Assembly (NCBI GenBank): GCA_013265495.1
Contig: MU058384.1
Location: 5,948,792-6,012,791, forward strand
Direction: 5' to 3'
DNA from: Vicugna vicugna
Lineage: Eukaryota
DNA: 64,000 nt
The translations under genes were made by a program, and so were the position numbers. A model generated the notes under the pieces. The model was not told the DNA's origin. It did no database searches and saw only the letters and a list, made by a program, of their open reading frames with translations. Positions 35,801-48,699 of this stretch are shown in pieces (within the stretch, counting starts at the first letter, position 1; each line of letters opens with the position of its first letter).

Positions 35801-37240
35801 TAAATACCCACAAGTAGAATTGCTGAATCATATGGCAGTTCTACTTTTAGTTTTTTGAGGAACCACCATTCTGTTTTCCACAGTGGCTGCACCAATTTAC
35901 ATTCCCACCAACAGTGTATAGGTGTTCGCTCTTCTCCACATCCTTGCCAAGACTGTTGCTTTTTGTCTTTTTGATAAGACAGGTGCGAGGTGGTATCTCG
36001 TTGTGGTTTTGATTTGTATTCCCTTGGTGATTAGTGATGTTGAGCATCTTTTCACATGCCTAATGGCCATCTATATGTCTTCTTTGGAAAAATGTCTATT
36101 CAGTTCCTCTGCCCATTTTTTAACTGGGTTGTTTGTGGGTTTTTTTTTTCTCATATTGAGTTGTATGATTTTTTAATGTTTTGGATATCAACCCCTCATG
36201 GGAAATATTATTTGCAAATATCTTCTTTCATTCAGTAGGTTGCCTTTTCATTTTGTGATTTTTTTTTCCTGTGCAAAAGATTTTAGTGTGATTAAGTCCC
36301 ATTTGTTTATTTTTGCTTTTGCTTCCCTTGCCTGAGGAGACATATCCAAAAAACCATTGCTAAGATTGATGTCAAAGAGCATATTGCTTGTTTTCTGCTA
36401 GGAAATTTTATGGTTTCAGGTTTTACATTTAAATCTTTCATTTATTTTAAGTTAATTTTTGTATACAGTGTAAGAAAGTAGTTCAGTATCATCCCCCGCC
36501 CCCCACCCGTTTTCTTTATCCACTCATGTGTCAATGAACACGTAGGTTGTTTCCATGTCTTGGCTACTGTAAATAGTGCTGCAGTAAACATGGGATGCAG
36601 CTCTCTCATCAAGACAGTGATTAAGCTTCCTTTGGATGTACAGATGGGCCCCAACTTACAATGGTTTGACTTAAGATTTTTCAACCTCATGGTAGTGTGA
36701 AAGTGATTTGCATTTGCATTTTGATCTTTTCAAAAAAGATGTGCTGCTAGTGGCTTACAACATGACACTCTCTTGTGATACTGGGCAGTGGTGGTGCCCA
36801 CAGATCTGTCAGCCATGCGATTATGAAAGTAATCATAGTTACAACCATTCTATACCTAGCCAACCATTCTGTTTTTCACTTTCAGTATAGTATTCAATAG
36901 ATTACATGAGATACATAACACTTCTTTATAAAATGCGTCTTGCATGAGATAATTTTTGCCCAACTGTAGGCTAATGTAAGTATTCTGGGCATGTTTAAGG
37001 TAGGCTGCGCTAAGCTATGATGTTCAGTAGGTTAGGTGTATTAAAAGCATTTTCGACCTAAGATATTTTCAATTTATAATGTTTTCTTTTGGAACATAAC
37101 CCCATTGCGAGTCAAGGAAGATCTGTATACCCAGGGGTGGAATTACTGGCTTATAGGGTGGTTCTATTTTTAACATTTTGAGGAACCTCTATTTTTAATA
37201 TTTAATGTCTCTCAGTGTGGCTGTACCTATTTACATTCCA
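35800..37240 (-). mobile_element. L1 (L1MA/MB-like) ORF2-3' fragments, two overlapping pieces
   Basis: tttgaggaaccaccattctgttttccacagtggctgcaccaatttacattccc; tctttggaaaaatgtctattcag; the minus ORF 35847-36047 gives L1-like peptide fragments. Confidence 0.9.
36641..37125 (-). mobile_element. Tigger5/MER47-family TcMar-Tigger non-autonomous element
   Basis: Termini cagatgggccccaacttacaatgg ... ccattgcgagtcaaggaagatctg, TA on both sides; internal gcccaactgtaggctaatgtaagt; splits L1 at ttggatgta|tacccag. Confidence 0.85.
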
Positions 37241-37341
37241 TGGGCCATTGTTTTCATTCACAAAGTTCCCAGCCGCTTGTTTTGATCTTCCACATCTATG
37301 ACAGCAGTTCAGTCTTATGTTAGTAAGGAACAGCTCAAACA

Positions 37342-37477
37342 GTAGTTCTAAATGAGGCTGAGAGTGGGGGAGTTGCAGCATCACTTGGGGGAAGTTTTCC
37401 AAACCACACATTCCTAGCTCCATTATCTCGCTGGGCTGCTGATACTCTCCCACCAACTCCCATCTGAGAATCACTTA
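37342..37477. mobile_element. MER5-like hAT-Charlie MITE
   Basis: cagtagttcta...gcatcacttgggggaagtttt...ctgagaatcactt. Confidence 0.5.
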
Positions 37478-38742
37478 TCTGTAGCACATCCGCAAGTTTT
37501 TATTTGCTTCCAACTGGCAAAATTTAAACCAGTACTTAAAAACCAACTAGGAATTTTACTACGGGAAAAACAAGAGTGTTAGAATGTGGTAGAATGTGTT
37601 TTTCATATTTTGAAACTGTTTCACAACGTTTTAATTTAAAAGTATTTTGAATTTTAGTTTAAAAAGCCCAGTCACAGATCCATAAGCAACTGTCTTGTTT
37701 CCACCACCATGTTCTCTGCGGAATGACTCCTTCAGGAATATAAGGAAGGAGTGTGGGAGGAGGACAGTACCATAGATCTGTCTAACCACTCTTTCTCTTT
37801 TCACTGTCATGTGTTCAGGAATATTTGTTAAATATTACGGCCGATGTGTTGCTGTGCTAGGCACTATTTGCACTTGCCAATGACAAAACACAATTATCTC
37901 CTATTTCTATCGAAAGCTCTCCCAGTTCTCTGTGGGAGGAACCAGTGTCTTCTTTTTCCCTCTCGTGGTGGGTGGCCTGTTGGTTTGGGCTGACACTGTG
38001 CAGTATGCGCTCATTTGGCGAAGCTGTAATTAGACCAAGGCTGCAGCATTTCTTGCTTTGTCTACAGTGAGAGCTGGTGATAAAGGAGACAAAGTAATCT
38101 CATATACCTGAAATATTTGATGGGAAATGCTTTAAGAATAAAAACCACCCAGGAGAAAACAAAACAAAAACCAGTAAGAAGGAGCTAGGGTTTATATATA
38201 GTAATGAAATGACTTTAGCTTAGACGTGTAACAGCAGCACTGCAGGTTTTAAAATTGAGAAAGAAACTATATATTACCTTATATTTTTAGTTCGCCAACT
38301 AATGGAAATTCTTTAAGGTCAGGATGCAAATATTATATTTGTTTATATTCAGAGCATGGCTGAAGATGGTGCCCTGTGCAAAGTGTATGTTCAGGGAATG
38401 TGTTTTAACTTGCTGACTGATTATTTGAAAAAAATAAGTAGAAGTTTTGTGTTCGGGTAATACAGAAAGTTAATTTCACTTTGATTTTGAGTATGCCCCT
38501 GATTTTTTAAATCTTACACGTGCAGCTTATATTTGATTGTACACAGCCTTATGTTCCTTGTTAGTTAATATAGGCTTTGAGAAGTTAGGGATGTATTATT
38601 ATGATGTTTAACTCAGACTAGGCCCTCAATAAATCATGGACAAATTGGAGAAATCCAAGAAATAGAATGAGCTGTAGGTTTGATTTGTTTCCCCTCAATT
38701 ATTTAGGACTTAGCCTTAAGTAATGTATTGGAGAGAGTGACT

Positions 38743-39282
38743 GTGGCAAAGATTGTCAGCTGTCTACCAACCTCCAGTCCCTGCTCTGCTTTAGTAAAAG
38801 GACAATAGCCAGGCAATTATCCAGAATTCACTTCCCTTTCTACCTTGGCTTGGAGTGGAAGTGGCTTGTGTCACATCTGGGCTGGGGCTTCTCAGAAATG
38901 TGCATGTGGGTCCTTTATGCTCTCCTTCAGCATCTGCCAGCTGGATACAGAGGATGCTGCATCCATGGAGGATGGAGGAGCCACATGATAGATTGAGGAG
39001 AGAGGCCTGCCAGCATCGAAACCTGCCCTGAACTGTTGCATGAGTAAGAAGTACATTTCCATTGCTTTTAAATCTTTTTTTCCTTAATTTTTTTTTTTTT
39101 TGGTGGGGAGGTAATTAGGTTTACTTATTTATTTATTTTTGGAAGAGGTACTGGGGATTAAACCCAGGACCTTGTGTATGCTAAGCCTGCTCTCTACCAC
39201 TTGAATTATATTCTCCCCTCTTCCATTGCTTTTAATTTCTGGCCTATTTGTTATAGCAGCTTAGCTTATCCTAACCAGCGCA
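38743..39282 (+). mobile_element. MaLR solo LTR (MLT1J-like) with nested SINE
   Basis: tgtggcaaagattg...ccagctggatacagagga...atttgttatagcagcttagc. Confidence 0.75.
39072..39220 (-). mobile_element. Vic-1-like SINE, long form
   Basis: tRNA head plus aaataaataagtaaacctaattacctcccc tail; exact 15-bp TSD ttccattgcttttaa (39057-39071 and 39221-39235). Confidence 0.92.
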
Positions 39283-39439
39283 GTCTTTAATTTACTTATT
39301 CAACCAACAAAATGCTAATACATACATAAAAGTAGAAATAAACATATATGGTACTGTGTAAATATGAAAAAATGAGGATATTATGGACTCTTTCAAAGAA
39401 GGAAAACATTATAGGAAAACGGGATTGGAAGGACATACA

Positions 39440-39570
39440 GGACAGAGACTGTAATTAGAAAGAAGACCTGGATTTGTGATGCCTTAAAAATGGCTGAGTC
39501 CTGATTTGCCACTCATGCAGCTGTGTGATCTCTGGACCCTGTGCGTTGGTTTTCTCATCAGCGAAGATGT
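39440..39570 (+). mobile_element. MIR fragment
   Basis: gaagacctggattt...gagtcctgatttgccact...agctgtgtgatct...ttttctcatc. Confidence 0.55.
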
Positions 39571-41729
39571 TTGACTATTCCTACTTTCAAAGAAGCTAAA
39601 TTTAGGGAAGAGACCCTGTTTCTGACGTAAGAGTTGCTGTAGTTTCTTGGTTAATTTGAGGATATAATTAGTTTTTAATTAGCTTTGTTCTTGCAGAGTT
39701 GGCCTCTCTTGCTATATACAGTGTTCATTCTTTGGGAATTATAAGTAGAACTTCATTCGATTTCCTCAAAAAATATTACATACTCAGCTTTCTTTCAGCC
39801 TCACTTTAGTACAGTATTTTTCAATTTACAGAATTAGTAGTGCATGGAATAAATGTATTTATTTCTATGTTTAATAGCATACCAAATAAATAAATTTATT
39901 TGTATTCAGTACTAGAGTGAATACATTTAATCATACTTAATAGCATACTGAACAAATGTGTTTTCCCTATGTCTGGTTCTAGGTTCTAATGTTTCACCTA
40001 TAAAATGAATAAACTGAATTGTACACCCTCTAAGGTTCTTTTCTAAAAACTGAGAGGAATTCTTCTAGGAAGAAGTTTGCCCAAGTACACTACCGGGGAA
40101 GCACTGGGCAAAGAAGACCCAGATGGGCTGGTCTGCTCCAAGAGCGCCACAGGCAGTCAGACTTTGTTTTCACGGGAGAATTTCTTTTTAACCAGTAGAA
40201 ACATTTTTCGGTTTTCGTCTTCTCTGTCAGCTCTTCTCTCTGCAACTGCCCTGCTCCACTGCTCCATGCTGGCCCTTGCTTTCTAGAAAATACCCTGACT
40301 CTCGTGCCCAGTTCTTAGCAAGTCTTCTCCTTGTAGGTGAGCATTGACAAGAGCCAACAGGCTGAGTGTGCTGTGCCCCCCTTCACCAGTAGGGGCGCTA
40401 GCCTCACTATGTTCCCTTTGGGTGCCGGGTTCAGTTTATAAAGTAAGTTATTTCTGCATGTGCTCACTCCCTAAAAATACTTTTATTTTATTTTAAAATC
40501 TTTATATTATGTACATAATACACTTATTTTATATACAACATCCTAACAATAGTTAGCAATTTTCTTATGAACAAAATGGTACTTGGGGCTTCGAAGTTCC
40601 TCTTTATAGAGCAAAACATGTGATTCAAGACATAGACCCTTCAGAATAGGGTCCCTCATTCCTAAGAGCTGTAGTCATCCCTGCTCTAAGCATTGTTGTC
40701 ACCCTGAGTAACTACTTGGCCTGAGTCTGCCAGCACCCATCTCTCTTTGCCCATTTTTAGAAAGGGCACTTATGTTTAATGTGTTTTGAATGAGGTATTT
40801 TCCTTTCTCCTTCAGCTGGCAGCCAAGAGGGAAGTCCTGATGTTACAACGACGTTACAGTTACACATGCAGCATCTGGCTTCCCTCTCTTCCTCTCTCAG
40901 TGCCAGCTCACCCCACATATATACAGTGGGATGCCCAGGTAGCCAGGGTTCATTAAACATAATGGAAAGAAGTTGGGAAGGAGAAAAAGAGGGCAAACTC
41001 TATGTGGGTCCCTCCTAGAGACGCTAAAAGTCAAAAAAAGGTCAAAGCTTCCCTATGTGTTTAAAAAAATTTTTAAATGAAAGAAGACACTGTTTTTATG
41101 TTCTGTGTGTCCAAGTGTTAACAGGATGAGAAACACTTTTTGTTCACATTTCCTTGTAACCTTGAACTGAGAATGTTGAAGTTCTTGCCTTGCTTTTTCA
41201 TTGCATCCCACAGAAAGGTTATTCCAAATTCACTTGGCAATATTCAGACAAGCTATTTCCTAAGCCTCAAAATAGCTTTTGTTTTGAGTATGTCCCAAAA
41301 GTCTTAAAATATGTTCATGAACTGTATATATATATATATATACTTCATTTACTAAACTTTTGGATGAAAATTCTTAAAGGAAAAATAAAACTTGAAGAAC
41401 AAAGACTTCTAAATATTGTAAATCGAGATGAGCAGAAAAGCGCATGAAAGGGTCACCCTTTACTAATAAAGTCGTTCAAATTTATACTCAGAAGAGAATG
41501 TCACCAATACTACAAAGTTTAATAATTGTTGTTCCTGCTGTGATTCATACTAATTTATTGACTTTTCAACCACAAAGTACTTTTATTTGAAATAAAATTA
41601 TTCAAGTTACAAACAAGAAGAGGCACTGTGAAGTGATTCAAATTTGAAAGTCCTTTTCCAAGGGTTCTACATGGTGTGGGCTGTTCGGCCAGGGAAACAC
41701 ATTCTGTTTTTTTGTTTTTTTTTAATGGC

Positions 41730-42420
41730 AAACTCATTCATTTCTTCCATCCAGGTACCTGTTAAGTACAACTGGCATTGTGCTAGTATTGGTGACACAA
41801 TAGTGGAGGAAATAGACATTAATCCAATAATCACACACACACACAATTGTTTAATCACAGATTGCGATCTGTCTTATAAAGGAAAAACACAGGGAGCATG
41901 GAGAGGCCTGATTTAGGCTGGACAACAGGGAAGAAACTTGTGAAGAGATAACAGTTGAACTGAGATATGCAGAATGGATAGGAGACAGCTCAGCTGGGAG
42001 CTGGGAAGGGCAGCACGTGTGATGGTCTAAGACGGGAAGAAAGCACAGGATGTGTGAGAACCTGAAAGAAGGCTGGTGTGTCCAGGGCACAGAAGCTGAG
42101 GAAGCAAGTGTCCCAGGAGGTAGGTGGGTCTCGATCTTCTGAGATCTAAAACCTTGCCAAGGACTTTGATTTTTACACTAAGGCCAAAGCAAGTAGTATT
42201 TTAAACAAAGAGGAACATTTTAAAAAGTACTCTTGCTGTCTTGTGGAGGATAAATCAGAGGGGGAGATAAGAATGAAGGCAGGCAGGTTGGACAGGGGCT
42301 TGTGAAAATGGTTCGGGGGAGAACTGACAGCAGCAGGGTGAAGAGAAGGGAAGTACCCAGGTTCCAGAAACTTCTAGACGATAAAGCCAACAGGAGGTTC
42401 CTAGAGTTCTGACTGAGTGA
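41730..42420 (-). mobile_element. L2 LINE
   Basis: ctcattcatt tail; gttgaactgagatatgcagaatgga; ccaaggactttgatttttacactaagg. Confidence 0.75.
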
Positions 42421-42869
42421 AACTTAGAACATGAGGAGCTTGTTTTCCTCCTTGTTGGGAGGCAGGTGGCATTTACGTGACATCAGCAGAGGTGGCTGCT
42501 GAGGAAGGCAGACTGTCATAGGTCATCACGTGGTAGAAGTCTTGGTCAGAGACAGGACAGTCAGAGTTACTGCGAGTAGCGGCCCAGCCAAGGTCGGCAG
42601 CGACAGCTGGGAGTTCTCTTGGGAAGCTTTGCCGAATGATGCAACAAAGCACGGCATCCAGTGCTGCTATATGTGGGGTGGTTCCTGATGTCCCAGGCAG
42701 CTCTGCAAATGCCCCGAGTAACCCAAGAAAGCTGACTCTGCCAGGTCACCTGACTTACCTTTGCAGCTGTTCCATGCATTCCCCAAGCATCACTCTCCTT
42801 CCAGGGTGCAACGCAAGAGTCAGGGCTCCTTACTCTTCCCCCACTACGTGGAAGTGGGTGTTCTAGAAA

Positions 42870-43060
42870 GACTATGGCACGAGGAGTCAGAAGCCCTGGG
42901 GCTGAAGGCTGGCTCTGAGCTTTTCTAGTGGTGTACATTTTAGAGGCATGGTTCTGCCGTATTCAAAATGTGGTAGATAAAATCCACAACCTTGCAGGAT
43001 TGCTGTGAAGGTTAGGTATGTACCAGGTCCTCCACAGATGGTTAATTTTTGTTGTTAAAA
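42870..43060 (+). mobile_element. MIR
   Basis: ggagtcagaagccctggg...caggattgctgtgaaggtta. Confidence 0.55.
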
Positions 43061-43280
43061 TACCCTTTTATCTCTCTTTCTTTTATATAGTTTCTCTTTT
43101 TGAGATTATTTTTCCCCATAGCGTCAGATAGACCTTTATGTGACAGATGCTGCACTCTTGTCAGGTGTCAGGCAACGTACCAGGTGATGGAGAAAGAGTG
43201 AAGAAGACCAACTGTGTCTCTGCCTTCACAGACCTTCTACTTAAAGAGTGGAAAGTTAGGTCTCCCCTCGGGCAGAGGCT

Positions 43281-43700
43281 GTGGGCTATTCATCAAAAAT
43301 CAGAGTTCTCTTTTCCTGAACATATGGTAGATTACACTTCCCAGCCTCCCCTGCAGTTGGATGTGGCCATGTGACTCATAACAGAATGCCAACAGAAGTG
43401 ATATGTATGTCACCTCTGGGCCAAGCTTGTTAAGTAGTGAGTGTGGCTCCGCTACTCTCTCCTCTCCCCTGTAGCTGGATGGATACAGATGGTACTGAAG
43501 GATCCCAGGAAAAAAGAAAATCCAAAGATGGACCATGCCCAGGAAGATTTACCATATGGAAGAGAGCCTCTTCCTGCCCAGGAACATTGGCCTTGGACTG
43601 TTTATATTATAAGTGACAATAACAAAAATAACCTCTACTTTTTTGAATCACCAGCAATTTTTGTGCTTATTTTTCACAGCTGTTAACCACCCTACTATGG
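43281..43700 (+). mobile_element. MaLR solo LTR (MLT1J-like)
   Basis: attacacttcccagcctcccctgcagttggatgtggccatgtgact...gaagtgatatgtatgtcacctctgggcc. Confidence 0.75.
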
Positions 43701-44004
43701 TCCTCTTCAGGCTCAATCTTCTTGCTCTGTTGTCATCAATGGCCTTAAGACATTTCTTTTTTGCTAAGTCCAGAAGACACTTTCATCTCAAAATGTCTAA
43801 AACTAAATTTATAATCTCATCTCCCAAACTTTTTCTGACCTACCTCTTTCTAATAACGCCACCACCATTGTAAAACCCTTCTGGCTTCACACAGAGGAGT
43901 CAGCTCTGACTCTTTTTCTCTTATTTTCCCCCCAGATACAATCAATCCCCTCCTTCTTCCTTTGTGTTCCTTTTGGAATTTGACCCTTCCTCTCCATCCC
44001 CTCT

Positions 44005-44207
44005 TGTACTTGTACTTGTGTACTTGTACACTACTGAAAAAGGTGACTCTTACAAAAGGCAAAGGGACTAAAATTCAAGTCGTACATTCTGGCACAGGGC
44101 TGTGTCCACCTGGGAAGGGGAGATTTTTGGAATTTGTATAATGGTGTGAAAAGAAGTACTTCTTTTCTAATCTGCCACAAGCTTCTTGGGGGTTCAAGAA
44201 GGCCCTG
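44005..44207 (+). mobile_element. MER91-like hAT-Tip100 element
   Basis: ctggcacagggctgtgtccacctgggaagggg...ttttctaatctgccacaa...ggccctg terminus. Confidence 0.55.
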
Positions 44208-44699
44208 TGGCACACTTATCAAGGCTCTGGTGCTTCATGCTGAGGCAATGGTGAGCACCTGCCAATCTGTAACATTCTTCCCAGGCTCCCCTACTTCTGG
44301 TTTATCCTGGGAGCCCCTCCCATGTCCGTCTTCTGAAAGCATTGATGTGGTTTCTTCCTACTTAAAAAGTTCATTGGCTCATCCTTGTCTGTAAGAGTGA
44401 ACTCTGTAGCCTTATATTCAAAACTTCTGTGATCTAGAATCATCTCGCTTCTTCAACCTTTTCTTTTGTTACTCTTTCCCATTTTTCTCAATGAAAATAA
44501 TATTGGCCTTTTGGGAAAGAACATTCTTTATTGTATTATAATACCCAAAGAATTACAGAACATTTAGCCTTACTGAGCCCATCCACTAAATGCCAGGAGA
44601 ACCCTCCAGGCATTACTACAACAGCATACATGTCCACAGATTTCAGAGATGGGGGCAGGACTGGCCCCAGGTGAGAATGTCTATGTCTGCACCACACCC

Positions 44700-44880
44700 A
44701 AAAAACAATATATATTTATTGAGTGTCTGCATCACTGTATTGTTCTTTTATTCAATCAGAGCAACTCTCTGAGCTAGGTATTATTTTTGTGATTTTATAA
44801 GTGAGAAATCTTTTGCTCCAGGAAGTGAAAAGATGTAACCAAGTGTACATAGCTATTGAGAAAGATAGCTGGTTCAAAAT
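44700..44880 (-). mobile_element. MIR
   Basis: atttattgagtg...gcaactctctgagctaggtattatt...taaccaagtgtacatagcta. Confidence 0.6.
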
Positions 44881-44914
44881 ATACACATATGTGACAATCA
44901 CCATTTAATATTGC

Positions 44915-45210
44915 CAACCAGTGATGCTCCCCTGATGTTGGTGTCCAGAGTTTTCATTACAGCTCCATAAGTTAAGCATGACTGATTGCCCACATGGCTG
45001 ATCTCTGCTTCCAGTCTCTCCAAAGGTCAACTGATACCTTATGACCCAAAGCCCTCACTCTAAACACATTGTTACTATCTGATGTGGCCAGCCCTGACTC
45101 TAAGTCACATTGTTAGACTGTCCAGTGTGACTCAGGGCTCCAAGATAAACAAAGACACTTGTATCAGGCGTAAGATTCCAAGGGCCTAGAGATTCCCTCT
45201 GAAGTTGGAA
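44915..45210. mobile_element. MER21-like ERVL LTR fragment
   Basis: ttggtgtccagagtttt...gcatgactgattgcccacatggctga...taaacaaagacact...attccaagggcctagaga. Confidence 0.7.
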
Positions 45211-45269
45211 GGCTGCTCAAAAGTTGGGGATGAAGTGATTAAGATGAGTTTTGTGGATTATCAGATACA

Positions 45270-45680
45270 TTATTTGGGATGTTAGTTGTAAATAGTAAAA
45301 CCTCCTGGCTCTGGCTATAGCGAAAAAAAAAGGGGGGGGTAGGATTTATTTTGAGGAAAGGTATAGTTCATGGAATTCAAGGCCAAGAATTTATCCTTTC
45401 TTCTCCTCTTCATGTCTGTGCTTCTTTCTTCCTCTAGTCCAGAAGGAGGAAATTGGTCACTCCATGGTTCAGGATATTCATGATTTAAGTTGAGTAAAGC
45501 AGACACTGATTATTTCTTTCATAGTCCTCATTCCAAATTTCTTCCAGAAGAAATCTGAGATGCTCAACTTGGAGAAGCTGTTTACCTCTGGCCAAAGAGC
45601 TATAACCAGTGAGGTGGTGACACAAAGTATAAACCTGTGGCTAGGAGACCAGAGAAACATGGCAGGGGAGATATCCTACT
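45270..45680. mobile_element. Old MaLR LTR (MLT1K/L-like)
   Basis: ttagttgtaaatagtaaaacc...ggatttatttt...ccaaatttcttccagaagaaatctga. Confidence 0.45.
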
Positions 45681-45859
45681 AGCTAAAGACTACAGAGATC
45701 TGTATCGACAGCTAGAGAAGATCAGTCATTAAATGGAATGTAAAGAAAGGGTTTATGCTAGCTCAAAAGCAAGCTAGGTAGACTAATGGATGAATTCTGA
45801 GATTTCAAGAAGGCTGCTTATGTTCTATTTTGCAACACATTTACAGTATTATGTCATGT

Positions 45860-46080
45860 CAGACTGTGCACAGCAGTGAGAAAGACATGGCATTTGGATA
45901 CAGAGGACTCGCATCTTAGCCTCTTACTGATATTAAAGTTAATTATCTTCTTGGAGCCTTTATTAACTTATTTATCAAATAGGGAAATTCTCAACCTATG
46001 AGGTTGTAATGAATAACAAATGAGATCATGTATGTGAAAACAGTTCCTAAAATGCTGAACCCACATTAATGATTATCTTT
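45860..46080 (+). mobile_element. MIR
   Basis: cagtgagaaagacatggcatttgga...aggttgtaatgaataacaaatgagatcatgtatgtgaaaac. Confidence 0.65.
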
Positions 46081-46633
46081 TGGAAATAACCCAACAGTTT
46101 TCTAATTTGTATTTTTCAATTCTGTAATTGAGAAAAAAATATACTTAATGAGCCTATTGAGTATTTTGAACTCAGAACTGTAGATAAATTTAAGTATACA
46201 GATTCATTTTAACATCAAAAAAAATTTTTTAAGGAACTACAAGACTTATCCAACAATAACCTCATCCAATCAGATGACTGATTGTTTTAATACTGAAGAG
46301 ATGGTTCATTATGAATAATGCAGCGTATTTCAACAATTTCTTTAAAATCTCAACACTATTTAATTCAAAAATTTAAAAAGTTTGAGTGGTCATGATGTGC
46401 AAAGAATTGTGTGTTTTGTGTTTTTCCTTAAGAGGAAAGAGGCAGGTCTGTTTAACACCATAATTCGGGAGGCTGGGCTACTTCTTTAATACCTTTTCCA
46501 GATATATTACAAAATTAAGGCAGAATTTATGTACCAAACCGTTACTAATTTTTTAATGAAGGAATCTGTTTTCCCATGTTTCTAGGGTAATAAATGTAAC
46601 TGATATATCTTATCTCACCTTGAAGTATATAGC

Positions 46634-46728
46634 TTTTTTTTGTCTTTTAAGTGGAGGTGCTGGGGATTGAACCCTAGACCTTGTGCATGCTAAGCATGTG
46701 CTCTACCACTGAGCTATACCCATCCCTC
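46634..46728 (-). mobile_element. Vic-1-like tRNA-derived SINE (short form)
   Basis: T tail, ggggattgaaccc (B box), ctaccactgagctataccc (A box). Confidence 0.9.
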
Positions 46729-48699
46729 AGTAGCATTTAAATTAAATGACTGCATGGAGTCTACCTGTAAGAGAATGTCCTACCTCTTTTCCAAGGTTCC
46801 GCTTCCAATGTTAATGCCAAGATTCTCCATGGGGATTTTAAGCAATTCCATGGGACTGTCTACTTACTGTTGTCCCATGGAGAGAACAGGTGAGCTTAGA
46901 AGTCCCATTCCTACGACTGTCACTGAAACACAGATGTTTCAGTCTTTGTAGTGACATCCTCATTGCTTACTGAAGGAAAAGCCTTCAGTGGCTGATAATC
47001 ACCACTCCTACGGCTAGCCCCTCATGATTCCTCCAGGCGTAAGGAGAATAAAGGAAGTCTGGCTTCCCTGTGCTACTCTCACCCGTCCTAGCTGCCCGTT
47101 CTCATGGTCATTATCTTCCAGGCAGAACTAGAAGGTCAAGAGCATTGGGTCTGAAGGGCTTTCCAGCCTCAGTGACATGCTGTGCCCATCCTCTCGCAAA
47201 CCTTCACACCCCAGCACTGGAACACATGGCACCCAGTGCAGAGGACAAACTGTCTTGTCACAGATATGGAGAAGATACACTTCATTTCTTAAAGTCAACT
47301 TGGGAGACATATTTAGTGTTATGCAGTGTGTTTTAGAACTGAAATAACTGCCTCATCTCATTTACAGTGAACAAAACTTGATGTTATACAAACTATTATT
47401 CTTTATTATTACTTGTATCCTTAATTTCTCTCTGTAACTCTGGCCATACAATGCTTGGGACAGCTTGGTTACATAAAGAAGATAATGAATTCAATGAAGA
47501 AACTCAGAAACGGAAAACTGACAAATTGAATAAACAAGTTTATCATATTTCCAAAGGGAGAACATGGAGAGTTTGCCAAGGGAACTGTAGGATTTACTAA
47601 CTTCTGGCTATGTGAGTGTTCAAAATAGCTTCTAAGAATTTTGGCCATTTCCTCATACAACACTGCTAAGTTACAGAGGGATCAGACAAGTAAACAAAAC
47701 ATTTACAAATAACTCAGAACACATTTATGGGCCTTTGGCTTTACCCACCATCTTTGTGTTTGCTTCTCCCCTCAATTTGTTCTTTATTTTCTAACAGAAG
47801 AATATTTGTCTATTTATTATGTAAATCAGGCAGATTTCCTCTGAAGACCACATTTTCACGTATCTTCATTAATCTAATGGATACTGGCTTATTTCAAAGC
47901 TGCCAAAACTAAACACAAGAAAAAGAATGTAAAAGGTATTAATGACTTTGCCCCCCTGTATTTTAGACTTATTTCACTGAATGGTTCTATGTGTTAAAAA
48001 TGTATTTTGAGTCTAATTAAGCTTGACATAGTTACCACTACATTACAAGTCTTTGGGAGCCCCAACAGGCTGACAAACATAGTGCAGGGATCTAATCTGG
48101 TCTTTCTGGAATTCTTTAAGTTGCTTCCGGTGACTTTTCTTTTTAATATTAATGTTAACAGCTGGGAACTGAGTTGTGGCATGCCTCATTGGTGAAAGCT
48201 TTCTAAGCATGAAGTTAAAAATAGGAAAAATAGAAATTTAATGGACTGCTGTTAATATCAAAGAGATTGTTTTACTTTGTCCACTTCACATCTCTAGTCA
48301 ATTCCACTCAAAAAGAGGATATTCTTCCTGCAGATACGGTATTTGGTTTGTCCCATCTCTGCCTTGGACACATAAAATACAATTTTTCTTTCAAAGGATT
48401 TCACATTTGTTATTCATATTAGCAGTCTACCTTTTCAAAAGGTAGGAAGCGCAAATTTTCAATGTACATGGTACACACGAGTAAACTGAGGTCTCTGGTC
48501 ACATAAAGCACATCTCAGTTTTGACCAACAATTCAATAGATTTTCCTTAACAGTCATGTTTTTGGAAGGAATGGGCCATCTGTGTCCAGGATTGGCCGTG
48601 AGCAATGGAAGGAAGTAGGGAGAGTGATATTAACGAGGCCTCCTGCATCTCCCTGGGGTGTTTGCTTTCCTCCTCTCCAAGAAGGCGAATTTATATCAT

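Noticed and set aside
35847..36690. ORFs with L1 ORF2-like peptides
   Set aside because: Frameshifted fragments of dead L1 copies; no intact reverse transcriptase or endonuclease.
39845..39955. Cluster of short AT-rich palindromes and a duplicated ttaatagcatac
   Set aside because: Low-complexity AT-rich sequence; the stems are too short to distinguish from chance.
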